Shown here: positions 8,404 to 20,586 of the stretch, one piece after another
Position numbering within the stretch: position 1 is the first letter of the stretch
Layout: each line of letters starts with the position of its first letter
NCBI GenBank assembly: GCA_046758745.1
Contig: JBHIAV010000026.1
Location: forward strand, 1 to 41,221
DNA from: Gemmatimonadota bacterium
GTDB lineage: Bacteria > Gemmatimonadota > Gemmatimonadetes > Palauibacterales > Palauibacteraceae
Length of the DNA: 41,221 nucleotides
Reading direction: 5' to 3'
The notes under the pieces: generated by a model
What the model saw: the letters and a program-made list of their open reading frames with translations, nothing else
Told to the model about the DNA's origin: nothing
Database searches by the model: none
Made by a program: the position numbers and the translations under genes

Positions 8404-9819
8404 ATCGACTACGGCGCGCTCTCGCTGCTGCCCCCGCTCCTCGCCATCGGCCTCGCCATGTATACGCGGGAGGTCTACCTCTCACTCGCCGCTGGCATCT
8501 GGCTCGGCTGGACGATCCTCTCCGGCTGGAACCCGGCCTCCGGCCTCACGGAGGGAATCGACGCTGCGGTCCGCGTGGCCACCGATCCGGGAAACGCCCG
8601 CGTTCTCATGTTCACCTTCGCCATCGGCGCGCTCATCGCGCTGGTCGAGGCGAACGGCGGAGTGCGTGGGTTCGTGGAGTGGGTGGAGCAGCGCCGCTGG
8701 GTGACGACGGGACGACGCGCGCAGATCCTCGCCTGGCTGATCGGGCTGGTGATCTTCATCGAGTCGAACATCACGATCCTGGTGGCGGGCTCCATCAGCC
8801 GGCCGCTGTTCGACCGTTTCCGGGTGTCTCGCGAGAAGCTCGCCTACCTGGTCGACTCGACCTCCGCCCCGGTGTCGATCCTCATCCCCCTGAACGCCTG
8901 GGGGGCCTACGTGATCGGCCTGCTGGCGGGGCTCGAGGTGACGAAACCCGTGTCGGTCCTGCTCGCCACCATTCCCCTCAACCTGTACGCCCTCTCTGCG
9001 GTGCTCCTCGCCGCTTCCAGCGCGCTCTTCGGCCTCGACCGAGGTCCCATGGCCGCCGCGCAGCGCCGGACCGCCGAGGGCAAGCTGCACTGGGACCACG
9101 CCGTGGCCCTGGCCGACCCGGAGGAGCTGGCCCCCTCGCCCGCGGAGGGCCTCCCGAGACGGCCGATCAACATGGCGCTGCCCATCGCCGTGATGGTGGC
9201 CACGATGCCATCGGCCATGTACGTGACAGGCGGTGGGCATATCCTGGAAGGATCCGGCTCGACCAGCGTTCTGTGGGCCGTCCTGGCCGGCGTGGCGGCC
9301 GCCTGGCTGCTCTCCGTCGGCCAGCGCCTGCTCGGGGTGGAAGAGCTGACCCGGGTGAGCCTGAGGGGAGCGGGGGGGCTGACCGGGATGGCCCTGGTTC
9401 TCCTCCTTGCCCTCACCCTGGGAGACGTGACCGACGAGCTGGGGACGGGCGGGTTCGTGGCCGGCCTGGTGGGGGGAGTGATCCCGCTGCCGCTTCTCCT
9501 CCCCCTCCTCTTCCTGGCGGCTGCGGGGATCGCGTTCGCGACCGGGAGCAGCTGGGGGACGTTCGCGATCATGGTTCCGGTGGCCGTCCCGATCGCCCGG
9601 GCCCTGGGGCTCCCCCTCGCTCCCTTCGTCGCGGCCGCGCTCTCCGGTGGCATCTTCGGCGACCACTGCAGTCCGATCAGCGACACGACGATCATATCCT
9701 CTCTCGCCTCCGCCTCGGACCACATCGAGCATGTGCGGACACAGCTCCCGTACGCCCTGGTGGCGGCGGTGGCCGCCACCGTCGGGTTCGCCGTGGTCGG
9801 CGGGTTCCTCATCGCGTGA
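8404..9819 (+). CDS. Na+/H+ antiporter NhaC-family transporter (probable non-canonical ATC start)
   Basis: Many TM helices; SREKLAYLVDSTSAP, FATGSSWGTFAI, IFGDHCSPISDTTIISS, HVRTQLPY. The first ATG is at 8458, but the family-like N-terminus DYGALSLLPPLLAI lies upstream, preceded by GGAGG (8394-8398) and ATC at 8404. Confidence 0.88.
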   Translation: MDYGALSLLPPLLAIGLAMYTREVYLSLAAGIWLGWTILSGWNPASGLTEGIDAAVRVATDPGNARVLMFTFAIGALIALVEANGGVRGFVEWVEQRRWVTTGRRAQILAWLIGLVIFIESNITILVAGSISRPLFDRFRVSREKLAYLVDSTSAPVSILIPLNAWGAYVIGLLAGLEVTKPVSVLLATIPLNLYALSAVLLAASSALFGLDRGPMAAAQRRTAEGKLHWDHAVALADPEELAPSPAEGLPRRPINMALPIAVMVATMPSAMYVTGGGHILEGSGSTSVLWAVLAGVAAAWLLSVGQRLLGVEELTRVSLRGAGGLTGMALVLLLALTLGDVTDELGTGGFVAGLVGGVIPLPLLLPLLFLAAAGIAFATGSSWGTFAIMVPVAVPIARALGLPLAPFVAAALSGGIFGDHCSPISDTTIISSLASASDHIEHVRTQLPYALVAAVAATVGFAVVGGFLIA

Positions 9820-9945
9820 GCCCGGTGGAAGAGGGGACGGGCGTCCGCGACGGTCAGGAGAGCGACGGGTTCGGGGTCGATCCGCAGGCCGGGAGCGCCC
9901 CCGGGCGCGATCGCCCTGGGGTGGGCCGGAAGCGGGGGTGCGAAA

Positions 9946-9974
9946 TTGACCCGGGGCGGCCGAACCATTAATGT
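9946..9974 (+). promoter_or_regulatory. sigma70-type promoter for the ncRNA
   Basis: TTGACC (9946-9951), 17 nt spacer, TAATGT (9969-9974), in an AT-rich patch. Confidence 0.7.
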
Positions 9975-9977
9975 AAA

Positions 9978-10131
9978 GGTGTTGGTGTGAGGTAATGTTT
10001 TTTTGAGCCAACACTTGGGTATGAGACACCCTGATCTTCCGGCGGACGTCACGCCCCCTGCGGGACGGCGAAAACCCGGGAGGATGGGCTAACCGTTACG
10101 AACGGGTCTCAAAAACCCCCCTCGCATCACC
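9978..10131 (+). ncRNA. ssrS: Probable 6S RNA
   Basis: Rod-like fold: TGGTGTGAGG (9983-9992) pairs with CCTCGCATCA (10120-10129); TTTTTGAG with CTCAAAAA; central bubble whose 3' side has the hairpin CCGTT-ACG-AACGG; apical TCTTCCGG/CCGGGAGGA stem. Flanked by a promoter and an intrinsic terminator; no ORF. Confidence 0.72.
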
Positions 10132-10133
10132 GG

Positions 10134-10165
10134 GAAGGGCGACCCTCGGGTCGCCCTTCTTGCTT
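10134..10165 (+). terminator. Intrinsic terminator
   Basis: Perfect 11-bp stem GAAGGGCGACC-CTCG-GGTCGCCCTTC followed by TTGCTT. Confidence 0.8.
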
Positions 10166-10343
10166 GGACGCGGAGGCAAGCGGCGCAGGAGGCCCGGCCG
10201 CTGGCGCGGCGATCCGGGACGGGTGTCGGATGCCCCGGAGTTGCCAGAGGGGCCGAATCACGCCAACCTCATGTGCAGCGGCGAGGCCGAGCCGACGGCG
10301 GCCATGGCGACTCGCCCTGGACGAGGAGTACGGAGCGGAGATC

Positions 10344-10988
10344 ATGCATCAGGGAGACGGCAGGGGGCCCGTGACGCTCGAGGCGGGGGCTGGCACGCGC
10401 CTCACAACGGTGGATCTCAGCGGTGTGAGCTTCGAGGAGCTGATTCGCGAGCAGCTGCGCCGACTCGGGGAAGATCCGAATCGTGCTACCCTTCGCGATA
10501 CTCCGCGACGCGTCGAACACGCGCTACGGTGGCTCCTTCGCGGGTACTCGACCTCCGTGGAGGAGGTGATCGGCGACGGGGTCTTCGAGGAGAAGCACGA
10601 CAGCATGGTGCTGGTCAAGGACATCGAGCTGTACTCCCTGTGCGAGCACCACATGCTGCCCTTCTTCGGCAAGGTCCACATCGCGTACATTCCGGACGGC
10701 CGCATCGTGGGTCTCAGCAAACTGGCTCGCGTCGTCGACGTCTTCGCCCGGAGACTGCAGGTGCAGGAGCGACTCACGGAGCAGATCGCGGGCGCGATCC
10801 AGGATGCCGTGGAGCCGAAGGGAGTCGGGGTGGTGATCGAGGCGTATCACCTGTGCATGATGATGCGCGGGGTGGAGAAGCAGAACAGCAAGACCATCAC
10901 GAGTGCGGTGCAGGGCATCTTCCGCGAAGACATCCGGACACGTGAGGAGTTCCTGAGGCTGGTCCTGTCCACCCACCACCTGATGTGA
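10344..10988 (+). CDS. folE: GTP cyclohydrolase I
   Basis: [48 protein letters not shown]; the exact start is uncertain. Confidence 0.95.
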   Translation: MHQGDGRGPVTLEAGAGTRLTTVDLSGVSFEELIREQLRRLGEDPNRATLRDTPRRVEHALRWLLRGYSTSVEEVIGDGVFEEKHDSMVLVKDIELYSLCEHHMLPFFGKVHIAYIPDGRIVGLSKLARVVDVFARRLQVQERLTEQIAGAIQDAVEPKGVGVVIEAYHLCMMMRGVEKQNSKTITSAVQGIFREDIRTREEFLRLVLSTHHLM

Positions 10989-11043
10989 CGGGAGATCTAT
11001 CGGCGTCCATCCCGCCAGCCCCTCGGCTCGCCGATTAGGCACC

Positions 11044-11775
11044 GTGCTTCTCGAGCTGTCCGAGATTCTTGCCTGCCCGAACTGCCTGCCGCCCCAGACG
11101 CTGGTCGTTTTCGTGGAAGAGATGCGGGGGCGCCGCGTCCTGCACGGGCATCTGGGCTGCCCGCAGTGTGAGAGCCGCTTTCCCGTGCGCCGCGGCACCC
11201 TGTTCTTCGGCGGCTTCGAGCCGGCCAGAGGGGCCCGGAAAGCCGAACAGGTGCGGCGAGGTTGGCGCGGTCCGACGGAGGACCCCGGGGCGGCGAGAGC
11301 CGCCGGTGAGGCGAGGGCGGTCTCGGAGCTCGCGATCGAGGTCGTGGCCCTCCTCGATGTAAGGGGGAGGAGCGGCGTCATCCTCCTCGACGAGGGGCTC
11401 GCTCCTGTGGCACGAGAGGTGGTACGGCTGGCCGAGGGTGCGGAGATCATGGCGCTGACGGCCGGAGCCGACCCGCTCGAGAGCGCCGACGCGGCGTCGG
11501 CGGCGGAAGACGAGCCCCCCGGGCGCATCGCGCCGGACGTGAGCCGCGTGTACGGCGCTCCGTCGCACCTGCTTCCCGTGCAGAGCGGACGGCTGCTCGG
11601 TGTGGCCTTTCTGGGCGGGAGCGCGCCCCGTCTCCGCGAGGGAGCGCGGGTGCTTGTACCGGGCGGTCGTCTCGCGATCCTCCGCCCGAATCCCGCCCTC
11701 GACTCCGCCGTAGGAAGGCTTCCGCTCAGCGTGCTGGCCTCGGAGAGCCGTGCGCTGGTGGCTCGCCGCCGCTGA
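11044..11775 (+). CDS. Trm112-like zinc-knuckle protein with degenerate class I methyltransferase-like C-terminus
   Basis: ILACPNC...LGCPQCESRFPVRRG (Trm112 pattern); C-terminal LREGARVLVPGGRL resembles the methyltransferase 'RVLKPGG' motif. Confidence 0.6.
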   Translation: MLLELSEILACPNCLPPQTLVVFVEEMRGRRVLHGHLGCPQCESRFPVRRGTLFFGGFEPARGARKAEQVRRGWRGPTEDPGAARAAGEARAVSELAIEVVALLDVRGRSGVILLDEGLAPVAREVVRLAEGAEIMALTAGADPLESADAASAAEDEPPGRIAPDVSRVYGAPSHLLPVQSGRLLGVAFLGGSAPRLREGARVLVPGGRLAILRPNPALDSAVGRLPLSVLASESRALVARRR

Positions 11776-11884
11776 AGCCGCCGGCTCGTTGCCACGGTGG
11801 GAGACGCCGTCTAAGTTGCCGCAACCGCGTCGAGATCCCGTCGGCCGGCCGGCGAAAGCTCGATCAACCTCCGGAGAAGCGCTG

Positions 11885-14552
<2,668 letters not shown>

Positions 14553-14569
<17 letters not shown>

Positions 14570-15431
14570 GAAGGGAAGAGCGGTCGCCGGCGAGGCGAAG
14601 GTGGCGGAGCCGCGCGCGGTCGATCGTACGGGAGAGAGCGACGCCGGCGGCGGGGGAGCGGACTCGGCGGAGCCTCCCGCGTCCAGGCCGCGGGAGAGGC
14701 GGCCGGAGAACTGGCCGTGTCCGGGGCAGGAGACGGAAGCGGACGACACCATCGGCTCCGAGGAGATGCGGGTCGGCCCGGCTGCCCGTCCGTGGAGGCC
14801 GGTCTCCGACGCCGAGGAGACGGAACGTCTCTTCCGCCGGGCCCGCGAGCTGGCAGAGCAGGAGCTTCTGCAGGATGCCGCCCGGGCATACGGCGAGGTT
14901 CTCCGCCGAGATCCGCGCCACCTCAAGGCCCGCAACAATCTCGGCTACGTGTACGATCGCCTCGGGCGCCCCGAGCGAGCCCTCCAGGAGTACCGCTCGG
15001 CGCTGGAGATCGACCCCGACAACGTGCAGCTTCTCAGCAACATCGGCGCCGTGCTGGGAGCCCTCGGCCGTTTCCCCGAGGCGGAGGAGGAGCTGCGCCG
15101 GGCGCTCCGGCTGGATGCGGCGAGCCCGGACGCTCACCTCAACCTCGGCCTCGTCTTCTTCCGCAAGGGGCTGTACGAGGCCGCCACGGCTGAGCTCGAG
15201 CGGGCGATCGAGCTCGATCCGAGCCGCGACTCCGCCTTCTTCTACCTCGGGGAATCGTGCAACCGGCTGGGCCGGGTGGGGGAGGCTCTGCAGGCGCTCG
15301 AGCGAGCGGTGGAGCTGCAGCCCGCCAACGCCCGCGCCTACTACACGCTCGGGATCCTGTACGACCGGCTGGCGCAGCCGGACCGCGCCGCCACCATGTA
15401 CCGCCGGTCGCGTGAGCTGAGCGGCGGGTAA
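14553..15431 (+). CDS. Tetratricopeptide repeat protein
   Basis: About six canonical TPRs (ARNNLGYVY, SNIGAVL, AHLNLGLVF, FFYLGESC, AYYTLGILY). The N-terminal ~70 aa look disordered, so the true start may be later (e.g. 14766). Confidence 0.85.
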
Positions 15432-15453
15432 TTTCCGCTCCGCCTCCCGGACC

Positions 15454-15996
15454 GTGATCGAGGTGACGACCGCCCCTCTCGCCGAGCTGGAGGTGCAGGC
15501 GTTGCTTCGTCCCGTCGCATCGGATTGGTCCGCCGTGAGCCCGGTGGTCCGAGTGCTCGAGATCGCCGCGGGCCCCGCGTGGACGGAGCGCTGCCGCGCG
15601 GTCGGCGATCTCCCCCTCGGCTCGGCGGTGATCACCGAAGCGGGCGACCTGAAGGCGGAATTCGTGATCCATGTGGCGGTTCGGTCGGCCGACGAGCAGG
15701 TCGGTCCGCGCACCGTGGAGCTGGCGTTGCGGAACGGATTGCGGCGAGCGGAGGAGTGGGGGGTCAGGGAGCTGGCGCTGCCGCTCCTCGGCACCGGGCC
15801 CGGCAACCTGGAGCCGCGGGTCGCGTGCGCGGCCATGGCCGGCCCTCTGGACGATTTCGCAGCGGCCCCGGCGGGGGACCGGCGGGTGCTCGTGTGCGTG
15901 GCGAGCGACTTCGAGCGGGAAGCGGCGCTCGCCCGCTGGGGCGAAGGCCGCGCGGGCGCCGGCCGGGGGGCGGCCGACCGGGAGGGCGCGGACTGA
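15454..15996 (+). CDS. Macro domain protein (degenerate)
   Basis: GSAVITEAGDLKAEFVIHVAV and LALPLLGTGPG match the macro fold; the NAAN/GGG loop is replaced. Confidence 0.8.
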   Translation: MIEVTTAPLAELEVQALLRPVASDWSAVSPVVRVLEIAAGPAWTERCRAVGDLPLGSAVITEAGDLKAEFVIHVAVRSADEQVGPRTVELALRNGLRRAEEWGVRELALPLLGTGPGNLEPRVACAAMAGPLDDFAAAPAGDRRVLVCVASDFEREAALARWGEGRAGAGRGAADREGAD

Positions 15997-16038
15997 CAGC
16001 CGGGTGAGCCCCGCCGAACCCGGCAGTCCCCGCCCGAT

Positions 16039-17613
16039 TCAGCCGAGGAGAGCGCGGATCCCCACCAGCGCCGTCCCGATGATCGCGCCGAGCAGGTAGC
16101 CCAGCCGCACGATCAGGTTCAACTCGCGCTCCGTTACGGAGCGCACAAGCCGCTCGAGCTCGGTGAGCGGGAACTCGCGGATCTTCTCCTCCACCCGCTC
16201 GCTCACCCGTATGTTCGCCGCGACTTCGGGGACCCTTCCGGCGATCCAATCCCACGCCGGGGGAGCCAGCGCGGCGGCCAGGCGCTCGGCTGCTCCCTCG
16301 CGGCCGAACCGGCCGAGCGAGCCGATGGGATGGGAGAGAAGCCTCTCGCCCAGCCAGTCCTTCACGGCCTCGGACCGCGACTGCCCCGCCTCGCCTCGCA
16401 GCGCCGAGGCCAACCATCTGCCCAGCCGCTCGGCCGGCACGAGACGGACGACATCGGCCCAGCTGCGTCTTCCCGCCCGCAGAAGGGCGTCCTCCGCCCG
16501 GTCGAGCAGGAAGCCGCGGAGCTCCGGATCGCGGGCCGCTCGCACGACCCACTCGGTGATCGCGTCCAGGGCGCTCTCCACCTGCTCATCCCCCGGTCGC
16601 CCGAGGGCCTGGTCGGTCGGTCGGCGGAGGAACTCGACGATGGCGGCGTTCACGTTGCGGGCCATCACGTCCTGCACCTCCCCCTCCTGCAACAGGTCGC
16701 CGAGCCGGTCCGCACCCTCGTCCTCCAGGGTGTCGACCACGCGGTTCACCGTCTCTTCCGTGATGATGAGCTTCGCCACCACCCTCTGATGGAAACGGAG
16801 ATCTCCCATGAAGCGCTCGAGGAGGTCGTGTATGGCTCGCTCCACCCGCCGGCGCGCCTTCGGATCCTCGAGCAGGTGGCCGAGCCGCTCCATGGCGATG
16901 GGGAGGTAATCGTTGATCGCGTGCTCGACCGCGGCGACGAGGCCGAGCGGGAGGAGATCCTGGAAGGAGCGGCCGGGACGGAGGAGTTCCTCGGCGGCGC
17001 GGCCGAGCTGTGCCCGCACGGCGTGCGCGAAGTCCTCGGAGTCCACGAGACGCGCCAGCCAGGCGTCGGCGCTCCCTCTCAGCTTCTCCCGCTGCTCCGG
17101 GGCGAGGGAATCGGCCAGGGACTCCCCCTCCAGCTCGCCGGCCAGCGCGGCGAGGATCCGCGTCGCCTCTGCGCCGAACTCCTCGGAGTCTAGCGTGACG
17201 AGCAGGCGTCGCTGCACCTCATCGAGGAAGGCGCGGAGGATGCGTCGCACCTCGGGCAGGGCTGCCTCCGGGAGAAGGTGCGTGAGCGACGGCTTTTCAT
17301 CCTCCAGGAGCGATGCGATCAGGCGACGCAGCTGTGCCTCGAACGCCGTGCGGAGGCGCTCGTCCCGAAGCTCGGCGGCCACATCTGCGGCGGTGAGGAG
17401 CTGCGTTCCCACCGTCCGGCCGATCGTCCCGGCCAGCCGCGCCTGGTTCTTCGGCACCGCCCCCTGCAGCCAGGCGATCGGCCGCCCGAGGAGTCGGGGC
17501 GGCTCGTACGGGTGGAAGAGCATCCAGATCGCGACACGATTGGTGAGGCCCCCCGCCAGGGCGCCGAACGCGACGGTGAGCAGCGCCTCTGGCCAGCCCG
17601 CGGGTTGGCTCAA
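16039..17613 (-). CDS. DUF445 family membrane-anchored protein
   Basis: N-terminal GALAGGLTNRVAIWMLFHP...GAVPKNQ and C-terminal ELNLIVRLGYLLGAIIG signatures; TTG start at 17613 overlaps the upstream stop. Confidence 0.88.
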   Translation of the reverse strand: MSQPAGWPEALLTVAFGALAGGLTNRVAIWMLFHPYEPPRLLGRPIAWLQGAVPKNQARLAGTIGRTVGTQLLTAADVAAELRDERLRTAFEAQLRRLIASLLEDEKPSLTHLLPEAALPEVRRILRAFLDEVQRRLLVTLDSEEFGAEATRILAALAGELEGESLADSLAPEQREKLRGSADAWLARLVDSEDFAHAVRAQLGRAAEELLRPGRSFQDLLPLGLVAAVEHAINDYLPIAMERLGHLLEDPKARRRVERAIHDLLERFMGDLRFHQRVVAKLIITEETVNRVVDTLEDEGADRLGDLLQEGEVQDVMARNVNAAIVEFLRRPTDQALGRPGDEQVESALDAITEWVVRAARDPELRGFLLDRAEDALLRAGRRSWADVVRLVPAERLGRWLASALRGEAGQSRSEAVKDWLGERLLSHPIGSLGRFGREGAAERLAAALAPPAWDWIAGRVPEVAANIRVSERVEEKIREFPLTELERLVRSVTERELNLIVRLGYLLGAIIGTALVGIRALLG

Positions 17614-18542
17614 CGGTCTTCCACCCCGATCCCCGCGAGCCTCCGAGGCACCCCGGCCACCAGGAAGGTGCCCCTCGTCCGGAAAACCCGGAGTCCCTCG
17701 CCAGCGCCTCCGGGCTCGCCGACCGCGAGGGGTCCCCCTTCCAGCTCGGCGATGATCCCCGCATCGGGGAGCTGCACGGACCAGCGCCCGGCCGAGCCGG
17801 GAGGAGCCGCCAGGGAGCGAACGACGGCGTCTGGCCATTCCGACTCCAGACCCTCGAGCCAGGTCCAGGCCGTCGCGGGGGCATCGGCCCCGACGCCGCC
17901 CCGAAGCAGGAGCAGTCCGTCCCCGACGGAGTCGACGAGCACGAAGTACTGCTGAACGCTCGGCGGGACCGTGTCGGTGGCCGCCCAGGCGGACCGCCTC
18001 GCGAGAAGCAGGCCCGGCTCAGCCACGCCGGCCCGAGACAGGCTCGCCGCTCGCATCGTCTCCCGCCACCCCGTGCTCCCGATCCAATCTGCAATCAGAG
18101 GACCGCCGTCCAGGCGGAGGGGCCCGTCCGGAGCGCCGATGCGCACGCTGCCCAGCTCGCCCCCCTGGACGGGGTGAACGCGGAGCAGGCCCTGTTGGGG
18201 GAGGACGCGCCACGCGGCGCGCGGAAGGGGAAGGGAGTCCCGCAGGGAGAGGATCGTCTGCCAGCTCTCCCCGCGGGCGAGCCACCCCCGGTACGCCCGC
18301 CGCAGGGAGGACGCACCCGTGCGGTTCTCGAAGACCAGGTGCGCCACCGTCGGCTCGGGGCCGAACCCGGCGAAGGTGAGGCTCGTGCGGTACACCGCCG
18401 GGGTGATCTCACTGTTCGGCTCAGGCTCGGCGACGTCCGATCCCGTCCGCTCCGGAGCATCCGAGCTCTCTCGGCAGGCGGCGAGGGCCACGGCGAGCCA
18501 GAAGCCCGACCAGCGCCTCACCGGGATATGCCGAGAAAGCAT
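17610..18542 (-). CDS. Hypothetical lipoprotein
   Basis: ATG 18542; signal with lipobox LAAC; beta-rich body; stop overlaps the DUF445 start. Confidence 0.6.
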   Translation of the reverse strand: MLSRHIPVRRWSGFWLAVALAACRESSDAPERTGSDVAEPEPNSEITPAVYRTSLTFAGFGPEPTVAHLVFENRTGASSLRRAYRGWLARGESWQTILSLRDSLPLPRAAWRVLPQQGLLRVHPVQGGELGSVRIGAPDGPLRLDGGPLIADWIGSTGWRETMRAASLSRAGVAEPGLLLARRSAWAATDTVPPSVQQYFVLVDSVGDGLLLLRGGVGADAPATAWTWLEGLESEWPDAVVRSLAAPPGSAGRWSVQLPDAGIIAELEGGPLAVGEPGGAGEGLRVFRTRGTFLVAGVPRRLAGIGVEDR

Positions 18543-18647
18543 GGCGCAAGATATCCGGCGGGGCGCCGGCCTACCACGGTACCTCGGGGCGCCGTATCTT
18601 CCGTCGCCGCACGGCGGTTCCCGGCCCTCCAGCGCAGCTCGACAGAC

Positions 18648-19937
18648 ATGCAGCTCTATACGAAGATCACGATCGCCCTGATTCTCGGCGCAGCCGCCGG
18701 GCTGGTCGCCAACCTGGTCGACATCGACCCGCTGAGCGATGTGCTGGTGGCGATCGAGCCCGTGGGGACGGCCTGGATCCGTCTCATCACCATGGTCGTG
18801 GTGCCCCTCGTCTTCGCCAGCCTGGTGGTCGGGACGGCCAGCCTCGGCGACATCACGAAGCTCGGCCGGATCGGGGGGAAGACGGTGTCGCTCTACCTGG
18901 TCACGACGGCGATCGCGGTGGTGATCGGGCTCGTTCTTTCCAACCTCATCGAGCCCGGGAGCCGGATCGACCAAGCCGCCCTGGAGGGCCTGCGGGCGAC
19001 CTACATGGCCGAGGGAGAAAGCCGGGTCGAGATGGCCCGCTCGGCGCCCGGCCTCGTCAGCATCCTGCTCGACATGGTGCCGCGCAACCCGGTCCAGGCG
19101 CTGGCGCGGGGGGACATGCTCCCGATCATCTTCTTCGCCATCTTCTTCGGGGCCGCGGTGTCCGCGCTCCCCCACGAGAGGCGGGGCCACGTGGTGGGGT
19201 TCTTCGACGGGGTCAACGAGGCGGCGATGGTGATGATCCACTGGATCATGAAGCTCGCCCCGTACGCGGTCTTCGCCTTGATCGCCGCCGTCATCGCCCG
19301 CTTCGGGATGGACGTCCTACAGAGCCTCCTCTTCTACAGCCTGACCGTGATCCTGGGGCTGCTGCTTCACGTCTCGGTGGTCTATCCGACCCTCCTGCGC
19401 GTCCTCGCCAGGGTGAAGCCGGGCCGGTTCTTCGGTCGTGTCCGGGAGGCCCAGCTGATCGCCTTTTCGACTTCGAGCTCGAACGCCACCCTGCCGGTGA
19501 CGATGGAGGTTGCGGAGGAGAAGCTCGGCGTGAGCCGCGAGGTTTCGAGCTTCGTCCTCCCGCTCGGGGCCACCATCAACATGGATGGGACGGCCCTCTA
19601 TCAGGCGGTGGCGACGATGTTCATCGCCCAGGTGCTGATGGGCGACATCTCCCTGACGGCGCAGCTCGGGATCGTCCTCACCGCCACCCTGGCGTCGATC
19701 GGTGCGGCGGGCGTCCCCTCGGCCGGAATCATCATCCTCATCGTCGTCCTCCAGCAGGCGCTCCCGCCTCAGATCGACCCGGCCGCGGGGATCGCGCTCA
19801 TTCTCGGAGTGGACCGCATCCTCGACATGTGCCGCACCGCGGTGAACGTCACCGGCGATCTCACCGTGACGAGCGTGGTGGCCCGGTCGGAGGGTGAGAG
19901 GCTGGCCGTGGAGCGGAGGATCGGCGCGGCGGCCTGA
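18648..19937 (+). CDS. Dicarboxylate/amino acid:cation symporter (DAACS, GltP-like)
   Basis: [54 protein letters not shown]. Confidence 0.95.
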   Translation: MQLYTKITIALILGAAAGLVANLVDIDPLSDVLVAIEPVGTAWIRLITMVVVPLVFASLVVGTASLGDITKLGRIGGKTVSLYLVTTAIAVVIGLVLSNLIEPGSRIDQAALEGLRATYMAEGESRVEMARSAPGLVSILLDMVPRNPVQALARGDMLPIIFFAIFFGAAVSALPHERRGHVVGFFDGVNEAAMVMIHWIMKLAPYAVFALIAAVIARFGMDVLQSLLFYSLTVILGLLLHVSVVYPTLLRVLARVKPGRFFGRVREAQLIAFSTSSSNATLPVTMEVAEEKLGVSREVSSFVLPLGATINMDGTALYQAVATMFIAQVLMGDISLTAQLGIVLTATLASIGAAGVPSAGIIILIVVLQQALPPQIDPAAGIALILGVDRILDMCRTAVNVTGDLTVTSVVARSEGERLAVERRIGAAA

Positions 19938-20068
19938 GGGGGAAGGGGCGGGCGCTCCCGGCGTGGTCATCGCGATTCTCATGCGGGGAGATCGGGCCGA
20001 GCCGGCGCACCCCCCGCCGGAGCGTCGGCCCGAGCGACCGCGCGTGCCGGAGTGAGGCGACGCGCCTC

Positions 20069-20473
20069 TCAGGCCGAGGGCCCGGTGTCCCCTTCCGTTC
20101 GTACGCGCGCTTCGGAGCCGAGCGCGCGATCCAGGCGCTCGATCAGGTCCGCCAAACGCCGCCGATTGGCCCCGGTCCAGCCAGTCCGGGATGAGGACCG
20201 CGCCTCCACCCGCGTGAGACCGTTGTCATCGAGCCCCACCCAGATGGTCAGATCGTCGACCAGGCGTAGCACGGGTGATCGGCAGGTAACCGTCAGGATC
20301 CCCAGCTCCTCGTCCGCGTACACGAGCGTCCAGCCCTTGCGGCCCTCGATGTCGCGCAGGAGCGCGTCCCACACGCGGGCGAACGGGGTGAAGTAGGTCC
20401 TGCCGCCGGGCTCGTGCCCCGTCCGTGTGTCGGCCGTGCGCTCCGTGAACCTGCGTCCGAAGAACTTCTTCAC
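20069..20473 (-). CDS. DUF1499-like protein
   Basis: LRLVDDLTIWV...RVEARSSSRTG..GANRRRL pattern. Confidence 0.7.
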   Translation of the reverse strand: MKKFFGRRFTERTADTRTGHEPGGRTYFTPFARVWDALLRDIEGRKGWTLVYADEELGILTVTCRSPVLRLVDDLTIWVGLDDNGLTRVEARSSSRTGWTGANRRRLADLIERLDRALGSEARVRTEGDTGPSA

Positions 20474-20586
20474 ACCATTCCCGCCATCGTGCCGATGCGT
20501 AGCGGGCCGGCATCCGGTTGCCGTGCCCGGGGGAGCCGGGTACGTTGCCGGCTCGGAATTTACCGTCTAAGGCCTGAGACGGCTGT

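Noticed and set aside
10166..10343. Riboswitch (THF/preQ1/ZTP) upstream of folE
   Set aside because: No recognisable consensus of these families.
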